DNA of 63,606 nucleotides, filler included, from Chiloscyllium plagiosum (taxonomy: Eukaryota): the NCBI RefSeq assembly GCF_004010195.1. It is 4 parts of one record of this genome, joined end to end, with 100 filler letters (N's around TTAATTAATTAA, not from the genome) between each part and the next. Parts side by side here need not be neighbours in the genome. Positions count along the whole stretch, not along the records: positions 30,857 to 55,260 come from NC_057714.1; positions 55,361 to 62,456 come from NC_057714.1; positions 62,557 to 63,606 come from NC_057714.1; 1 more part is not named here. The stretch is one strand, 5' to 3'. The translations under genes and the position numbers were made by a program. The notes beneath the pieces were generated by a model that searched no databases, had not been told where the DNA came from, and saw nothing but the letters and a program-made list of their open reading frames with translations. Below, piece by piece: positions 50,630-62,652 of this stretch; position 1 is the stretch's first letter; every line of letters starts with the position of its first letter.

Positions 50630-53440
50630 TTCAGGAATGAGATGGGTCAACTTGCAGCATGGGTTGGTACCTGGGACTTTGATGTTGTGGCCATTTCAAA
50701 GACATGGGTAGAGCAGAGACAGGAATGGTTGTTGCACATTCCGGGATTTACATTTTTCAGGAAGAGCAGACAAGATGGCAAAAGGGGGGTGGTGTGGCAT
50801 AGTTAGTTAAGGACTGTATTACAGTTGCAGAAATGACCTTTGAGGACTCATCTACTGAGGTAGTATGGGCTGAGGTTAGAAACAGGAAACGACAGGTCAC
50901 CCTGTTGGGAGTTTTCTGTGGCCCACAGATGTAGAGGAAAAGATAGCAAAGATGATTATTGATAGGAACGAGAGTGACAGGATAGTTGTTAAGCGGTCTT
51001 TAACTTTCCAAATATTGACTGGGAATACCATATTCAAGTACTTTAGTTGGGTCAGTTTTTGTCCAGTGTGTGCAGGAGGGTTTCCTGACATAGTATGTAG
51101 ACAGGCCAACAACAGGTGAGGCCACATTAGATTTGGTACTGGGTAATGAACCTGGCAAGGTGTTAGATTTGGAGGTACGTGAGCACTTTGGTGATAGTGA
51201 CCACAATTCAATTATGTTTACTTTAACAATGGAGAGAGATAGGTATATACCGCAGGGCAAGAGTTATAGCTGGGGGAAAGGCAATTATAATACAATTAGG
51301 CAAGATTTAGGATGCATAGGATGGGTCAGGAAACTGCAGGGGGTGGGCACAACTGAAATGTGGAGCTTATTCAAGGAAGAGCTGCTGGAGGTCCTTGATA
51401 AGTATGTATCTGTCAGGCAGGGCTGTTGAGGGCGGGAGCTGTGGTTTACTAAGGAAGTTGAATGTCTTGTCAAGAGGAAGATTAGATTCTAATTAGATTA
51501 GATTCCCTATAGTATGGAAACAGGCCCTTCAGCCCAACAAGTCCATACCGGCTCTCCAAAGAGTAACCTACCCAGACCCATTCCTGTACTCTATATTTAC
51601 CCTTGACTAATGCACCTAACACAATTGCCAATTTAGCATGGCCAATTCACCTGTCCTGCACATCTTTGAATTGTGGGAGGAAACTGAAGCACCTGGAGGT
51701 AACCCACATAGACAGGGTGAGAATGTGCAAACTCTACACAAACAGTTGCCCAAGGTTGGAATCGAACCTGGGTCCCTGGCGCTGTGAAGCAGCAGTGTTA
51801 ATGACTGAGCCACTGTGCCAAAGAAGAAGGTTTATGTTAGGATAAGATGTGCAGGCTCAGTTGGAGCACTTGAGAGTTACAAGTTAGCCAGGAAAGATGT
51901 AAAGGGAGAGCTAAGAAGAGCCAGGAGCAGACATGAGAAGTCGTTGGCAGATAGAACCAAGAAAAACCCTGAGGTTTTCTATAGGTATATCAGGAACGTA
52001 AGGATGACTGGAGTAAGATTAGGGCCAATCAAGGATAGAGTGGGAAGTTGTGCATAGAGTCAGGGGAGATAGGGGATGCACTAAATTCATATTTTTTTGT
52101 CACTATTCACACTAGAAAAAGGCAATGTTGTCAAGGAGAATACTGAGATACAGGCTACTAGACTAGATGGGATGGAAGTTCACAAGGAGGAGGTATTAGC
52201 AATTCTGGAAAGCGTGAAAACAGATAAGTCCCCTGGGCCAGATGGGATTTATCCTAGGATTCTTTGGGACGCCTGGGAGGAGATTGCCGAGCCTTTGGCT
52301 TTGACATTTATGTTGTCATTGACTACAGGAATAGTGTCAGAAGACTGGAGAATAGTAAATGTTGGTCACTTGTTCAAGAAGGGGAGTAGAGACAACCCTG
52401 GTAATTAGAGGTCAGTGAGGCTTACTTCGGTTGTGGGTAAAGTGTTGGAAAAGGTCATAAGAGATAGAATTTATAATCATCTAGAAAGGAATAAGTTGAT
52501 TAGGGGTAGTCAACATGGTTTTGAGAAGGGTAGGTCATGCCTCACAAACTTCATCGAGTTCTTTGAGAAGGTGACCAAACAGATGGATGAGGGTAAAGCA
52601 GTTGATGTGGTGTATATGGATTTCAGTAAGGCATTTGGTTAAGATCCCCATAGTAGGCTCTTGCAGAAAATATAGAGGTATAGGATTGAGGGTGATTTAT
52701 TGGTTTGGATCAGAAATTGGCTAGCTGAAAGAAGACAGAGGATGGTGGTTGATGTGAAATGTTTATCTTGAAGTTTAGTTACTAGTGGTGTACCGCAATG
52801 ATCTGTTTTGGGTCCACTGCTGTTTGTCATTTTTATAAATAACCTGGATGAGAGCGTAGAAGGATGGGTTAGTAAATTTGCAGATGACACCAAGGTCAGT
52901 AGAGTCATGGATAGTGTTGAAGGATGTTGTAGGTTACAGAGGGACATAGATAAGCTGCAGAGCTGGGCTGAGAGGTGGCAAATGGAATTTAATGCAGAAA
53001 ACTGTGAGATGATTCACTTTGGAAGGAGTAAGAGGAATACAGAGTACTGGACTAATGGTAAGATTCTTGGTAGCGTGGACATGCAGAGACATCTCGGTGT
53101 TCATGTACATAGATCCCTGAAGGTTGCCACCCAGATTGATAGGGTTGTTAAGAAGACAAATGGTGTATTAGCTTTTATCAGTAGAGGGATTGAGTTTCAG
53201 AACCATGAGAACATGCTGCAGGTGTACAAAACTCTGGTATGGCCACACTTGGAGTATTGCATGCAGTCCTCGTCACCGCATTATAGGAAGGATGTGGAAG
53301 CTTTTAAAAAAGAGTCAGAGGAGATTTACTATGATGTTGCCTGGTATAGAAGGTCTTGCAAGGAATGGCTGGAGGACTTGGGTGAATAAGGTTGAAAGGT
53401 GACTTAATTGAGATATATAAGTTAATCAGAGAGTTAGATA
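50630..53440 (+). mobile_element. CR1 ORF2 (endonuclease to RT), interrupted by HE1
   Basis: SDHN, KSPGPDG, QHGF and FADD; multiple stops. Confidence 0.92.
51481..51820 (-). mobile_element. HE1-type SINE
   Basis: (ttaga)n tail, box B, approximate TSD aagaggaag/aagaagaag. Confidence 0.9.
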
Positions 53441-53441
53441 G

Positions 53442-53492
53442 ATCCCTGTTTCTGTGAGGCAGCAGTGCTAACTACTGATCCACCGTGCTGCT
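53442..53492 (-). mobile_element. HE1 SINE head fragment
   Basis: ctgtgaggcagcagtgctaac.actg..ccaccgtg. Confidence 0.7.
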
Positions 53493-53499
53493 CCACTGT

Positions 53500-54545
53500 T
53501 ATATGTTATATGGTGTAACATATAAGGGTATGACTTATAAATTTAAAAATAGGGATTTAGGTAGCGTTGTAGACACCTAGGGGTCCAGGTACATAATTCT
53601 GTGAAGATTGTGTAACGTGTAAATGGCTGGTTAACAGGTGTTTAGCACACTTTCCTTCAGAATATTCCTATAGGATATTCTGAATATAGAAGTTGGGACA
53701 TGATGTTGAGGTTTTACAGGATATTGGTGAGGCCTCATCTGGAGCATTTTGTCCAGTTCTGGTTGCCCTATTACAGGGAGGATATTAAGCTGGAGAAGGC
53801 TTAGCAGAGCTATACCAGGATGTTGCCAGGAGTGGAGAGTTTGAGTTATAAGGAGAGGATGGAAAGGCTGGAACTTTTCTCACTGGAGTGTTGGAGGTTG
53901 AGGGGTGACACTTATAGAGGTTTATAAAATCATGAGGTGATTGGCAAGTGTCTTTTCCCTAGGGAGGGGGATTTCAAGGCTATGTGATATATTTTTAGTG
54001 AAAGGAGAAAGTGATGACTGCAGGTGCTGAAGATTAGGGTCAAAAAGTGTGGCGCTGGAAAAGCAGAGCAGGTCAGGCAGCATCTGAAGGGGAGGAGAAT
54101 CGACATTTCAGGCATAAGCCCTTCGTCAGGAATGATTCTCCTGCTCCTTGGATGCTGCTTCACCTGCTGTGCCAATATCTTTAATATAAGAGGAGAAAGA
54201 TTTCAAAATGACATGAGGGATGGCTTTTTTTAAACAAAGAGTGGTTCGTGTGTGAATGAACTTCCAAAGGAAGTGGTTGATGTAGGTTCCGTTACGATTA
54301 AAAGACATTTGGTGAAGTACATGAATAAGAAATACTTGGCGGGATATGGGACAAGCGCAGGCAGGTGGCACTAGTTTAGTTTGGGATTATGGTCAGCATA
54401 GACTGGCTGAACTGCGGTGAATCTACAACAGGCAAGAAATATAGGGATACAGACCATTGCAGACTGATGGATTAGTTAGAATGACGTCAGGGTCAGCTTG
54501 ATATGATGGGCCACCTGTTTCTGTGCGGTACTGTTCTATGTTCTG
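53500..54545 (+). mobile_element. CR1 3' fragment with a PLE insertion
   Basis: gtccagttctgg, gaggtttataaaatcatgag and a ttctatgttct tail. Confidence 0.8.
54003..54173. mobile_element. PLE family A fold-back element
   Basis: Minus-strand terminus with HHR (cctgacgaagggcttatgcctgaaatgtc), followed by a short inverted arm gattctcctgctcc...cctgctgtgc. Confidence 0.85.
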
Positions 54546-54664
54546 TGCTCTAAGTAAGTACAAGAATAGGATTAAAAAGATACAGGAAAGGTATTAGTAG
54601 AATAAAGGAAAATGGTTGAACAAGGTAGTCTTGATTTTTAAGCGAGAAAATCTTTCAAATAGCA

Positions 54665-55260
54665 CCTATTTACTAAATGAATATTTTGCATCAGTATTTA
54701 CTGTGGAAAAGGATATGGAAGATATAGACTGTAGGGAAATAGATGGTGACATCTTGCAAAATGTCCAGATTACAGAGGAGGAAGTGCTGGATGTCTTGAA
54801 ATGATTAAAGGTGGATAAATCCCCAGGACCTGATCAGGTGTACCCGAGAACTCTGTGGGAAGCTAGAGACATGATTGCGAGACCTCTTGCTGACATATTT
54901 GTATCATCGATAGTCACAGGTGAGGTGCCGGAAGACTGGAGTTGGCAAACGTGGTGCCACCGTTTAAGAAGGGCAGAAAGACAAGCCAGGGAACTACTGA
55001 CCGGCGGGCCTGACCTCAGTGGTGGGCAAGTTGTTGGAGGGAATCCTGAGGGACAGAATGTACATGTATTTGGAAAGGCAAGGACTGATTACGGATAGTC
55101 AACATGGCTTTGTGCGTGGGAAATCATGTCTCACAAACTTGATTGATTTTTTTGAAGAAGTAACAAAGAAGATTGATGAGGGCAGAGCAGTAAATGTGAT
55201 CTATATGGACTTCAGTAAGGTGTTCGACAAGGTTCCCCATGGGAGACTGATTAGCAAGGT
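54665..55260 (+). mobile_element. CR1 ORF2 fragment ending at the gap
   Basis: LNEYFASVFT, KSPGPD, QHGF and DFSKVFDKV. Confidence 0.92.
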
Positions 55261-55360
55261 NNNNNNNNNNNNNNNNNNNNNNNNNNNNNNNNNNNNNNNN
55301 NNNNTTAATTAATTAANNNNNNNNNNNNNNNNNNNNNNNNNNNNNNNNNNNNNNNNNNNN
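55261..55360. other. Artificial 100-bp gap linker
   Basis: 44N-TTAATTAATTAA-44N. Confidence 0.97.
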
Positions 55361-56483
55361 CCTTCACAAAACCATGTTGACTATCCTTGATCACATTATT
55401 CCTATCCAGATGTTCATAAATCCTATCCCTTATAATTCTCTCTAAGATTTTGCCCACACAGAAGTGAGACTCACCGGCCTATAGTTACTAGGGTTATCCC
55501 TACTCCCTTTCTTGAACAAGGGAACCACATTTGCTAGCCTCCAATCTTCTGGCACTACTCCTGTCGACAACGAGGACATAAAAATCAAGGCTAATGGCTC
55601 TGCAATCTCCTCCCTTGCTTCCCAGAGAATCCTAGGATAAATGCCATCAGGCCCAGGGGACTTATCTATTTTCACCCTTTCCAGAATTTCCAACACCTCT
55701 TCTCTACATACCTCAAAGCCATCCATTCTACTTAATTGTGACTCAGTACTCACATTGACAACAATGTCCTGTTCCTGATTGAATACTGACGAAAAGTATT
55801 CATTCAGTGTTGCCCCAATCTCTTCAGCCTCCACACGCAACTTCCCACTACTATCCTTGACTGGACCTATTCCTACCCTAGTCATTCTTTTATTCCTGAC
55901 ATACCTATAGAAAGCCTTAGGGTTTTCCCTAATCCTACCAGCTAAGGACTTTTCATGTCCCCTCCTTGCTGCTCTTAGTTCTCTCTTCAGATCCTTCCTG
56001 GCTACCTTATAACTCTCAATCACCCTAATTGAACCTTTACGCCTCATCTTTACATAGGCCGCCCTCTTCCATTTAACAAGGGATTCCAATTCCTTATTAA
56101 ACCACGGCTCCCTCACACGACCCTTTCCTCCCTGCCTGACAGGTACATACTTATCAAGGACACTCAATAAGTTGCTCCTTGAACAAGCTCCACATATCAA
56201 TTGTGCCCATGCCTTGAAGCCTACTTTTCCAAGCCACGCATCCTAAGTCGTGCCTCACCGCATCATAATTTCCCTGCCCCCAGCTATAACTCTTGCCCTG
56301 CAGTGCACACTTATCCCTCTCCATCACTAGAGTAAAAGTCACCGAATTGTGGTCACTGTCCCCAAAGTGCTCACCTCCCTCCAATTCTAACACCTGTCCT
56401 GGTTCGTTACCCAGAACCAAATCCAGTATGGCCTCACCTCTTGTTGGCCTGTCTACATATTGTGTCAGGAAACCCTCCTGCGC
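55361..56483 (-). mobile_element. Young CR1 ORF2 fragment (endonuclease end to RT start)
   Basis: LDLVLGNE, SDHN, KSPGPDG and YRPVSLTSV; few disruptions. Confidence 0.93.
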
Positions 56484-56791
56484 ATTCTCTCTCTCTGGGT
56501 GCCAGCTAGTCTGAAAACCAGTCAAAAGGAAACAGCAAAATAATTTCATTAACCTGCAAGGCCAAGAACCTCAAAATGACTGTTTAGCTACCATGTTCAA
56601 TACCACTGGTAACATCCACAGTAACAGTCCCATTATTCTACTGTCCACATTTCACAAATGATTCAGAGATTGAATTGCATTTCTTTTCAGCATGTAAATA
56701 TTTTTTGATTCAGTGCTTATTCCTAAAGTGTAGGTATGTGCATCTTTTTTTACATTTATTAACTGACAAGTTTACTCTTTTGTTAACTCAA

Positions 56792-57082
56792 GGGGCAGCA
56801 TGGTGGCTCAGTGGTTAGTACTGCTGCCTCACAGCGACAGGCACCTGGGTTTGATTCCAGCTGCGGGTGACTGTCTGCGTGGGTATGGTCTGGTTTCCTC
56901 ATAATCCAAAGATGTGCAGGTCAGGTGAATTGGCCATGCTAAAATTGTCCATAGAGTTAGGTGCATTAGTCAGGGGTAATTTTGGGTAACAGGATGGGTT
57001 ACTCTTCGGAGGGTCGGTGTGGACTTGTTGGGCCAAAGGGCCTGTTTTCATACTGTAGGAAATCTAATCTAATTTAATCTAA
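56792..57082 (+). mobile_element. HE1-type SINE
   Basis: Box A/B, HE1 core and (aatct)n tail. Confidence 0.9.
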
Positions 57083-58548
57083 AAGATTTAAGATTAGATT
57101 AATTGGAAAATAGCTTTGCCATTTAAAACTTTGCTTTAAGAATTGCTCTTGTTTAAAGATTGGGACCAGGTGGAATAAGATAAGGAATCCAAGATGAACA
57201 GATGCAGTGACAGATGTTGGAAAACAGAGGGAAATATCGGCAGACACCTGGATTTGGAGAGTGATGCACACAAATAGAATAAATCAATGAACTGGCACCT
57301 ACTACAAAATGAATAGCTATGGATTAGGATTGTGATATTTTGTTGTTCTAAACCTAATGTTTTAAATAAGAATTGATCCTATATTAATGACAATTTGGGG
57401 AAGCACCTGTAAATGTGGTCTTTTAGGGTAACAATGTCTTTGTGGGGTATTGCCTGGCCCTGCCTTGTGATGCCCTCCCAGCCAACGGCTCACCCACTAA
57501 TGAAGGATTTTGTTGGAATGGAATGAGTGCATGGCAGCTTGCCTGTCATGCCATAAGATGTTGTTAGATGGTTCACAGTAATTCTGAATGACATAGACCC
57601 ACCAACAGTATCTCATACAACACGAAACACCCTGCCCCCATAATCTGTGACTACCTACTAGTTATTTTACAGCTAGTCTCCATATTTGCAATTTGCAATC
57701 CACAGAATTAATTAGACAATTTGGGTTCTTTCATGGTCAAATGAGTACAGTATGAAGTTATCGAAAAGTTCGTTTAGACACAAAAAAAGAAAAAAAATCA
57801 ATTCCACTTACAATATGTTCAAAACATGGCTCAAGCAAAACATCGATTTACACTTCTCAAAATAAGCAATTAATATGGTTGAACAGGATGTGCATCATAC
57901 CCACAGCAATAATGACCCACAACATAAGACTTCAGCAGCCTCAGTGACAAAGTGACTGATGAATTAAGAACACTACATTTCTAAATTACACTCTGTGGGT
58001 GAAGTTCCGTCAATGCCTTGTGAATTTGGGAAATTATTCCCAATTTCTATACACTGTCAGTGAGCTATTGATATAACCTATTTGGAAATACTAAGCCCCC
58101 TCTGCCTGACCAGTAGAAGAGTTATCAAACAAGACGATAAGCTTAAAACAAAAATCAATCAGCTGCCTCAATCGATGTTATATTAATAGAATTCCTTTCT
58201 GCATAGAGAGCCAAAAATGTTACTGCTCTGATGATATCTGTTTTTGGATGAGTACAATGAACTAGCTTCCTGACTTAATTTTATCTTTCATATGTTGTGC
58301 ATGAATTTTGATTTCACTATCTCCAAAATTTAATCGGCCCATGAATTTATTAAAATGAAAGTAGCAAATGAATTGGGGGTGTATAATCTTTTGCCTCATA
58401 CTTTAACAATAACGTTGGGATGCTGAAAAATACAAGTGAGCAGCTAATCAGATTGCTGCTCAACTAAACACCTGCTACCCATTTTTAAAAAAATGAATAA
58501 ATTCAGGGATAAATATTTTAAAATCAACCCTATCAGGCATGTTATAAA

Positions 58549-58945
58549 GGGCCCTTGTTGTCCAGTAGTTCTCTATCTCTGGTCCAGGAGGCCTGGGTTC
58601 AAGTCCCACTTATTTCAGAGCTGTGTCATAATGTCTCTGAACAGGTTGATTAGAAAATACATCCAGGCATATCATGGTAATTCTGAAGCAGACGGTACTA
58701 AAACCCGGAGTCCATGGCCCAGAGGTAGGACACTACCAGGGCGCCTCAAGAATCCCTCCAACCACTGTCTGCAATTACAATAACGAAACACAAGGCCAAT
58801 TTTAGGATATCCTCACTCCAGCAAACTGTGTCTATGTAGTTATTTTAATTAATCTGTTCAGACATATTAGGAAACAGGAGGGATTTGAACGCAGACCTTC
58901 AGGCCTGGAGGTAGAAAGTTACCATTGTACCATAAGAGCCCTTCA
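58549..58945. mobile_element. Cluster of short tRNA-headed SINE-like units in opposite orientations
   Basis: Plus copy 58549-58665 (gggttcaagtcc...ctgaacaggttgatta). Minus copies at ~58685-58745 and 58840-58945. Confidence 0.55.
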
Positions 58946-59699
58946 TAGTATATCTGGATGGGTTGAATTAAAAAGTATCTCACTTGAACTGAGATGTATA
59001 CTACACAATTTCTACAAAAAATGGTAGGACCATTCAGCAAATGTAGAATATTTACTGATTTGTCCCAAAAACTGGAAGATCTTAGCCAATGATAAAAGGG
59101 TACAGTGAAGATTCATAGATAATCAAACAACCAATATCTAAAGGGGGAAGTGGATTATAGAAGGGTCATGTACTAAGAGTCATGAGGAGAACATCCCTAA
59201 CGTAATCAGAATGAAATAAAATATGCAGAATGAGAAACATGAAATGAACTTATATAAATGTAGCCTTCCATTTATGAAATATGTGGCATTTATGTCGCCA
59301 TCTTAAAATCAACATTGCGAGTATCAGAAAGGTTTCCTTGAGAATGATTAATCCAATACCAAAACAACATAACTAGAAATTCAAACTATGTTCAAGCACC
59401 AGCATGGGTGGATCATAAAATGAAAACATTAAAAATACTGATATTGATTAAAGATTATCTGTGGCCAAAGATTAAAACACACTATCTGTCTGAAGCATTC
59501 TTACAAATTCCATGTGAACCATGGAATTACAATAAAATGCTCTTTCTAAAATACATACGCTATTATTCATTCACTGAATGCATATTAATCGTCTCTTTGT
59601 AGAAGAAACCTACCTTCAGTGGCAACACAGAGTATTGACTGGAGAGGTAAGACTGTCTTTTCCCCTGCACTGAACACATTACCATGACCAAGATGAGGA

Positions 59700-60480
59700 T
59701 AGCGCCTTCAACTGTATAAGCATGTTGAAGCTCAAGAAGAGGCATTCACACCTAGAATTTTTTGCCTATTGTCATACAAGTAGGAAATTAAACCCATTGT
59801 ACATGCATGTTGTGCAGAATAGCATTTTCACTCTCCTAGCTCTTTCCAAGATACAATGTACAAGATACTCTGTGGTCCAAATATTGAAAGCATTGTTAGG
59901 GGATAGGAAATATGCCCTATGATGACCCTAGCACAGGTATTTTAGTTACAGCAGCATGTGTAAAGAGAAAATAAAAGTGGTGTTGACTCTGCTTGATTCA
60001 TCCATATCGCTGTAGAACCAACTATGCAATTTGCCTTTATTTTAGCTTTCCCTGGCACATCTACGGAGGGCAGCATCCTTGGATGCTGCCTGACCTGCTG
60101 CGCTTTTCCAGCAACACATTTTCAGCTCTGATCTCCAGCATCTGCAGTCCTCACTTTCACATCTAAGGAGGGCACTGACAACTTTAATAATTGCAAACTG
60201 ACAACATTTGTTAAGTCAGTCATCACAGCTTGAATTGAGCCAGAAACACATTTATTGAATATGGCAGGTTTATGGATACTTCACAAGCAGATTGAATCTT
60301 GTTCCTCGGTTGGAGAGCAGGTTACAGAAGATTAATCTATGTGAGATCAAGGTGATACTTGATCTCCTTGATAAGTATCTGTTGCTTGGGAAAGATGTTG
60401 CTTGGGGTGACAATGATGATCTTCCTCGTATGGACATGAGCTACCCTAACTCCTCCTTTGCTGCCCATCCATATCCTCCA
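59700..60480 (-). mobile_element. Probable Harbinger (HARBI1-like) transposase relic
   Basis: Minus-strand LQPRNK..SA, SGSIQAV.TD, QFAII.VVSAL and DNRQKILGVNA resemble HARBI1-type motifs; heavily decayed. Confidence 0.5.
60073..60157 (+). mobile_element. Minimal 85-bp PLE family A terminus with 17-bp TSD
   Basis: TSD cacatctacggagggca (60056-60072) / cacatctaaggagggca (60158-60174). Begins with the hairpin gcagcatcc-tt-ggatgctgc. Confidence 0.88.
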
Positions 60481-61129
60481 ACAAACAGGTCCTGAAATTT
60501 GCTGATTCAATGTGTGAACTTGAACAGGTGAATCTTCATCTTTTCTACGATCCGCTTTTGATCTCATTGTTGAGTTACCAACACTCTTAACAGCGATCTT
60601 CATTGGCATAATTTTGCTTGCAATGCAGACTTGTGCAAGTTTGCATGACTACCTCAAAATCATACTAGGTTTAGACAATAATGTTGGCTATGTACTTTTA
60701 CCATGTACTAAACGGTTTAAGCTATTCTACTTTCAGTATCATCAGTAGCACTTATTAGCTGATCTCATATTCCCTAAGATCTAGGAGGAAACTCCATTTT
60801 GTCTGATATTGGATAAATGACAATGAGATCCACTTTATTTGTGTTACTTTGGGCACTAGCCACTCCGCTGCATTACTTGCAGTTATGTGATTTTCTTCTT
60901 TGACATGTGGATTCAATATGAACCACACTATGACAAGCAGTATTATTTCCAAATGACAACTGAATGAACAGTAAGAAATAAAATACAGTAGTATGCACTT
61001 TTCCTTATTCTAGTTGTATAGAATAATGAAATGCCACTTATGTTCTCTCTGAACTGAGACATCAAACAAAAAAACTACCTATCATATTTTCAATGTGGCC
61101 TAGTGCCTGTATTATCATAACCCAAAACC

Positions 61130-61425
61130 TATGCAAGAGAAGAGATTTAAAGAGCTTGCTAACAAGGCAAATGTGATGTGAGAAAACCCTTTCTTACATC
61201 GTGAGCCATTTAGGTTTGGAACACACTGCATGGATACGTGCTTGAGGCAGAGCTAACTGAGACATTCAAGCAGGAATTAGATTATTATTTCAATAAAAAC
61301 ATATAAGTGTATGGGAAAAGGGCAAGCAAATGGCACTTGGTCATAATACTTGCTAGAGAGCTGCTGCATAGGTGATGGATTGAATGGTCTCATTTTGTGC
61401 TGGAACAACTTTTGATTCTATGAAC
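61130..61425 (+). mobile_element. Old CR1 3' end
   Basis: tggaacacactgc, cattcaag.aggaattaga and gaatggtctc...gattctatga. Confidence 0.7.
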
Positions 61426-62199
61426 TCAAAATTCACATTGATTTTCAGCTGTTGACTGTAAGACTGAAACATTGACTGTCAGCTGGCCTTTGGACTACAT
61501 AGAAAAACCAATATAATCTTTGGACTGGGGACTTCTGGCAATCCATCTGTCCACTAAAGAGGATACAACCACTTAATGAGCCAGTTATTTTCTGCAAAGT
61601 CTCAGACAAGACTGTCAGTTTGTCTATTTCTTTCATCCATGCCAAGGTATTTGTGATGCCAACCTGAAGTTACTCTGAGGTTAAAAGCTATACCTACACA
61701 ATCAATGTTTAATGGAACACCAAAATGCCATGAGTCAAGTGACTGCAAAGGGCAGCAAGAAATAGAGAAGGTCAAGAAAGAAAAGTCACTCAACTAAATG
61801 GGGAATCAGATTAACCATGCCACCCACATCACCCCCAAGCAAACATCAAAGAATTTGCTTACTTATCTTTTATAAGTATTCAAGCTTCAGGTCCAGGGAG
61901 ATTCACCTGCTGCTTGCTGGAGTCCTAGCTAAGCAACTGTGTTTAAAGGGGAATTGGTTCTGACCAAATTAACATCAGCTCCAGGCATATTTTCACAATG
62001 TAAGAACAACAAAAAAGAAATAATAACGCTGGTTGTTTGAACCTTCTTTGGACTGACCTCTGAGCACTAAAATGAACATTTTTACACTCATCTAGATTAA
62101 TGGAAAAATATTTGGACTTCAATGAGATCTTTGTCTAAAGCCTCATAATTGACCTTTGTCTGATGCAATTGTTAATCTTTTGCATACTGTTTACAATAA

Positions 62200-62456
62200 T
62201 GTGGTGCTGGAAAAACACAGCAGGCCAGGCAACATCCGAGGAGCAGGAGAATCGACGATTCGGGCATAAGCCCTTCCTCAGGAATGAGGCTGGTGTGCCA
62301 AGTGGGCTGAGATAAAAGGTAGAGGAGAAGGAATTTGGGGGAGGGGCGCTGGGAATACGATAGGTGGAAGGAGGTGAGGGTGAGGGTGATAGGCTGGAGA
62401 GGGGTTGGGGGCGGGGGCGGAGAGGTCGGGAAGAAGATTGCAGGTCAAGAGGGCGT
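62200..62456 (-). mobile_element. PLE family A 3' region running into the gap
   Basis: Reverse complement of ~30-270. Confidence 0.88.
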
Positions 62457-62556
62457 NNNNNNNNNNNNNNNNNNNNNNNNNNNNNNNNNNNNNNNNNNNN
62501 TTAATTAATTAANNNNNNNNNNNNNNNNNNNNNNNNNNNNNNNNNNNNNNNNNNNN
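62457..62556. other. Artificial 100-bp gap linker
   Basis: 44N-TTAATTAATTAA-44N. Confidence 0.97.
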
Positions 62557-62652
62557 ATTCCTGAAGAAGGGCTTATGCCCGAAACGTCGATTCTCCTGTT
62601 CCCTGGATGCTGCCTGACCTGCTGCGCTTTTCCAGCAACACATTTCCAGCTC
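62557..62652 (+). mobile_element. PLE family A terminus with intact hammerhead motif
   Basis: attc-CTGAAGA-A-GGGC-TTAT-GCCC-GAAACGTC-gatt at 62557-62592. Confidence 0.88.

Noticed and set aside
49356..53440. Head-to-head CR1 pair as another 5' inversion
   Set aside because: Both halves contain the same RT region, so they are two insertions rather than one inverted element.
60755..60970. 65-aa minus ORF with an upstream acceptor-like site
   Set aside because: No recognisable homology and nothing to distinguish it from chance.
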